Shown here one piece after another: positions 61,109 through 64,000 of a stretch of DNA of 64,000 nt. The stretch is from the NCBI RefSeq assembly GCF_001194135.2, contig NC_069001.1, forward strand, positions 36,977,754-37,041,753, given 5' to 3'. How positions within the stretch are numbered: the first letter of the stretch is position 1; the number at the start of each line of letters is the position of its first letter. Source of the DNA: Octopus bimaculoides (lineage: Eukaryota). The notes under the pieces are model-generated. The model was not told where the DNA came from. It searched no databases and worked only from the letters and a program-made list of their open reading frames with translations. The translations under genes were made by a program, and so were the position numbers.

Positions 61109-61392
61109 GGGCCTGTTAGGGTCATCTCCATACTTCATCATTATATTTTGTAGTAGGGGTTCTGAATGAGAGGGTAAGGTGAGAGACGACCACCAAAAGT
61201 AGCCGTGTAAAATTTTCGGCCACCTCACATGAACTAATCAAGATATAGTGTTTTAAAACAGAAAAATTTCAATAATGAAAAATTATTTCATAATGTCCAC
61301 TTCAAGAAGTTACGTCTCACATCCTCCCCTCTCATTCAGAACCCCTACAACAAAATATAATGATTAGGCATGGAAGTGACTCCAGCAGGGCC
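61109..61392. mobile_element. Fold-back element / MITE with about 80-bp inverted arms
   Basis: 61109-61188 pairs with 61313-61392; inner part CATTATATTTTGT(A/T)GTAGGGGTTCTGAATGAGAGGG nearly perfect. Confidence 0.8.
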
Positions 61393-62056
61393 AATGTTTC
61401 ATCGGTAAAAAACGCAATGCGTAACTATACTTATAAGTTGGTAATTAGTAGAAATTTACAATAGTTTAAAATAACCGAAGACTTTTGCACAGTATTATGC
61501 TTAACTTAGCAAGTTTTCAACTAAAAATATTTTAAAACATTATTTCAAATTACAGCTTCATAAACAATAAAAATAAAATAAAGATATTGAATTCCTGTTG
61601 AAAAATTATGTTGAATGATTAGTTTTTGTAATCTGACATTAAAAAAAAACCTTATTTTTCTCTCCGTGCAGTGTTTCAATGACAACTAAATAAACGAATT
61701 CACCATTGCTTCTGTGTGTTATAGGAGGCAAAGTGAACAGGCTTTTTAGAAGTGAAATTACAATAATTTACATATCTTTTCCGGCTATATAGCAAGATGT
61801 AAAGTTATTCTTGTTTATTCATTGCAAAAATATTCATCTTTATTCTTGAAAATAAACAAAGAATGAATTTTCCTGACAATACCCCATCAGGAAAGTAAGT
61901 GATAGGTCGAAAGAGAAAGCTTTAAAATAATAGCGAATCGGTTTAGATGGCAAATCAGACTGAAATAATTGAGAGAAATGTGTACTGTTAAATTCGTGAT
62001 AAAGAACATCGTGTCAGTTATCGTAAATTTTAAGAAAATCAAATTTATTCGAGATG

Positions 62057-62151
62057 GGTAAACACATAAAATATGAGAAAATCAAAGCGGTTAGTGTCCC
62101 TGGTTTGTGAAATGAGTGTCGTCTACTACGTCGGTGCCTCCGCTATAAATA
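62057..62151 (+). promoter_or_regulatory. H1-b core promoter: H1-box, conserved proximal element, TATA
   Basis: GGTAAACACAT 62057-62067, TCTACTACGTCGG 62122-62134, TATAAATA 62144-62151. Confidence 0.85.
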
Positions 62152-62240
62152 CGGCTGACTTCTCTCGAAGCAGGCACACCAGTGTTGTTGATACAAGTCA
62201 TTTTACTGCTGTTGTTATCAATTTATTTTCTTTAATCATC

Positions 62241-62768
62241 ATGAGCGACTCTACTAAAAGCAAGTCTACTAAGCCTAAGGCTCCTCCTAGCCATCCCAAA
62301 TACAGCGAGATGGTTGCCAGCGCTATCAAATCCCTGAATCAAAAAGGTGGTTCGTCTAAAGCTGCTATCATGAAGTACATTACCGCCAATTACAAAGTTG
62401 GAAACAATACTCCCCGGGTCAACGGTAACGTCAAACTTACTCTGAGACAAGGTGTCCTGAAGCACATTCTTGCCCAAACAAAAGGTGTTGGTGCCACCGG
62501 TTCTTTCAAACTCCGCAAGACTGCAGCCAAAGGCGAGAAGAAACAGAAGAAGGTGAAGAGGCCCGCCAAGGTCGGCAAAAAACCTGTTACTAAGAAGAAC
62601 AAATCTGCGAAACCTAAGAAACTAGCACCAAAGTCTGCCAAATCTCCTAAATCCGCTAAATCCAGGGTAGTTAAACCCCAAAAGGTTGCCGCCAAGAAGT
62701 CAGCGAAGAAAGTGACGAAGAAGAAAGCTGTTAAGAAACCAACTACAAAGAAAGCTACCAAAAAGTAA
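62241..62768 (+). CDS. Linker histone H1 (here H1-b), 175 aa, intronless
   Basis: MSDSTKSK...HPKYSEMVASAIKSL...GSSKAAIMKYITANYKVGNN...QTKGVGATGSFKL, then a K-rich tail. Start placed at 62241 rather than 62073 because the TATA box lies at 62144. Confidence 0.96.
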   Translation: MSDSTKSKSTKPKAPPSHPKYSEMVASAIKSLNQKGGSSKAAIMKYITANYKVGNNTPRVNGNVKLTLRQGVLKHILAQTKGVGATGSFKLRKTAAKGEKKQKKVKRPAKVGKKPVTKKNKSAKPKKLAPKSAKSPKSAKSRVVKPQKVAAKKSAKKVTKKKAVKKPTTKKATKK

Positions 62769-62795
62769 ATTATTAATTTTGAAAAGCTTTCAAAG

Positions 62796-62811
62796 GGCCC
62801 TTTTTAGGGCC
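62796..62811 (+). terminator. Histone 3' stem-loop of H1-b
   Basis: CAAAG-GGCCCT-TTTT-AGGGCC-ACCAA, 27 nt after the stop; the 16-mer is identical to that of H1-a. Confidence 0.95.
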
Positions 62812-64000
62812 ACCAACAGGTTTCGATTGTGTATGAATCGACTTCAATACGCGATTTTGTGTGGGTTCGTTTTTTAGATCCTTCTTCCGTAATGTCTTGG
62901 ATAATCGTTAGCTATAACGGTTTTGTGGAGAAATGGCGGCAAGGGCCATTGAAACTTTTCGTTGGTCATCCCTAAGGTTTGCAAGATTTTTTTGTTTAGT
63001 ACCTTGTATTTGAGTTTGGAAGGCTAGATGAAAGAAGTCCCCAATTTAGTTTTACTCTTATAATATGAAAATCGATAGTTTCATGACTGAATACATATGC
63101 GATGGCTATGAGCAAGTTATGGCGCTAGGACTGAAAAAAGATTAGATTTTATCAACATAATCGCTATCTATACGCTGGAAAACGTATTTTTGCTAAATTC
63201 TATTTAAGGCCTTGGCAATAACTGCATTTAGATGCATCAGTATGTTTGCCGCTTAATTTGAAACGTTTTCCATGTAGATTTTTTTAAAAATTGCAAGGAG
63301 TTTCGAACCGTCTTTTTATTACCATTTTCCGTAAATTTAGCACTTCCTTGTTTTTTGGAGATCTTTGTAAGATAACTGTTCGATTATTTTCATAATTTGC
63401 ATGTGCAATAAGTTACTGAATGGGTGAGAGGGTAGGGATTTATTTTTTCTAAGTTGTTAATGGTTCAATAAATTCATACAACCCCGATCGGTGGGTAACA
63501 TTCCTTCATTTTTTATACACTTGACGTATTCGCAAGGTGCCAGTGTTGTTTACATGATTGAATACTTGTGCACAAAAGGAAAAATTCATCAACGCCTTCG
63601 AAATATTTGCTATTTTATTTAAAAACTGCTTTATTAAAAGCCTGTTAACCTGCCACTGGGTCTGCTAGAAACAGCAGCACAACTTCCTTCAAATTACTAA
63701 CAATTTTACCTACATTCGATGGTCATGGCTAAGATAGGTTTGACCAATGAGGTTGATCTAAACAAGTCTTGCAGTTTCATTTGTCGTGAGTGAATTTTCT
63801 ATTTTCAATAAACTAATAATCCTGATCTGCAAGGCAGCCGACATTACTACAAATCTAGGAATGTCGCCCGCCTTTTTCGACACTGGTTACCGATCGCAAA
63901 CAAATTCCGGCTGTTGCTGGCGGATTTGTATTTTAAGCGGGCAATGGGCCTCTTAGATGTTATTTTTTTTTAATGAAATTTTGCTGAAGTACGTTTCCAA

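Noticed and set aside
62073-62240. 56-codon N-terminal extension of H1-b in the ORF track
   Set aside because: It runs through the promoter (TATA at 62144, conserved element at 62122). The ATG at 62241 gives a normal H1 and the same TATA-ATG spacing as H1-a.

Overview
Eukaryotic, AT-rich draft scaffold with 10 N-gaps, many (TA)n/(CT)n/(ATT)n microsatellites and dense SINEs. The repeat families point to an octopus (coleoid cephalopod); that is an inference, not a database result. Three host genes are supported. (1) A spliced P5A-ATPase gene (ATP13A1/Spf1 orthologue) on +, with 26 coding exons from 3554 to 31092. I phased them by hand into one open frame of 1151 codons carrying TGES, PPELP, DKTGT, KGAPE, TGDN and GDGTND. 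The last coding exon was not found and probably lies in the gap 32450-32941. (2, 3) Two intronless linker histone H1 genes, divergently oriented about 14 kb apart (47576-48118 on -, 62241-62768 on +), each with a histone 3' stem-loop and no core histone gene visible in the window. The rest is transposon debris: CR1, RTE, R4/Dong and CRE-like LINEs, a Penelope-like element, a Gypsy fragment, mariner pieces, hAT/piggyBac/mariner-type MITEs and several SINE families. Best leads: (a) a 35-nt promoter block (29/35 identical, core TCTACTACGTCGG) plus an H1-box at matching spacing, shared by the two otherwise divergent H1 genes; (b) a possible non-canonical histone downstream element; (c) a 66-nt in-frame candidate cassette exon in ATP13A1; (d) odd residues in a conserved ATP13A1 motif that A-to-I editing or a compensated frameshift could explain; (e) a young Dong-like LINE sitting in a (TAA)n tract; (f) a sharp CpG-depletion footprint over the ATP13A1 gene body. 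All alignments and counts were done by eye, and comparisons to human/yeast proteins and repeat-domain names come from memory.
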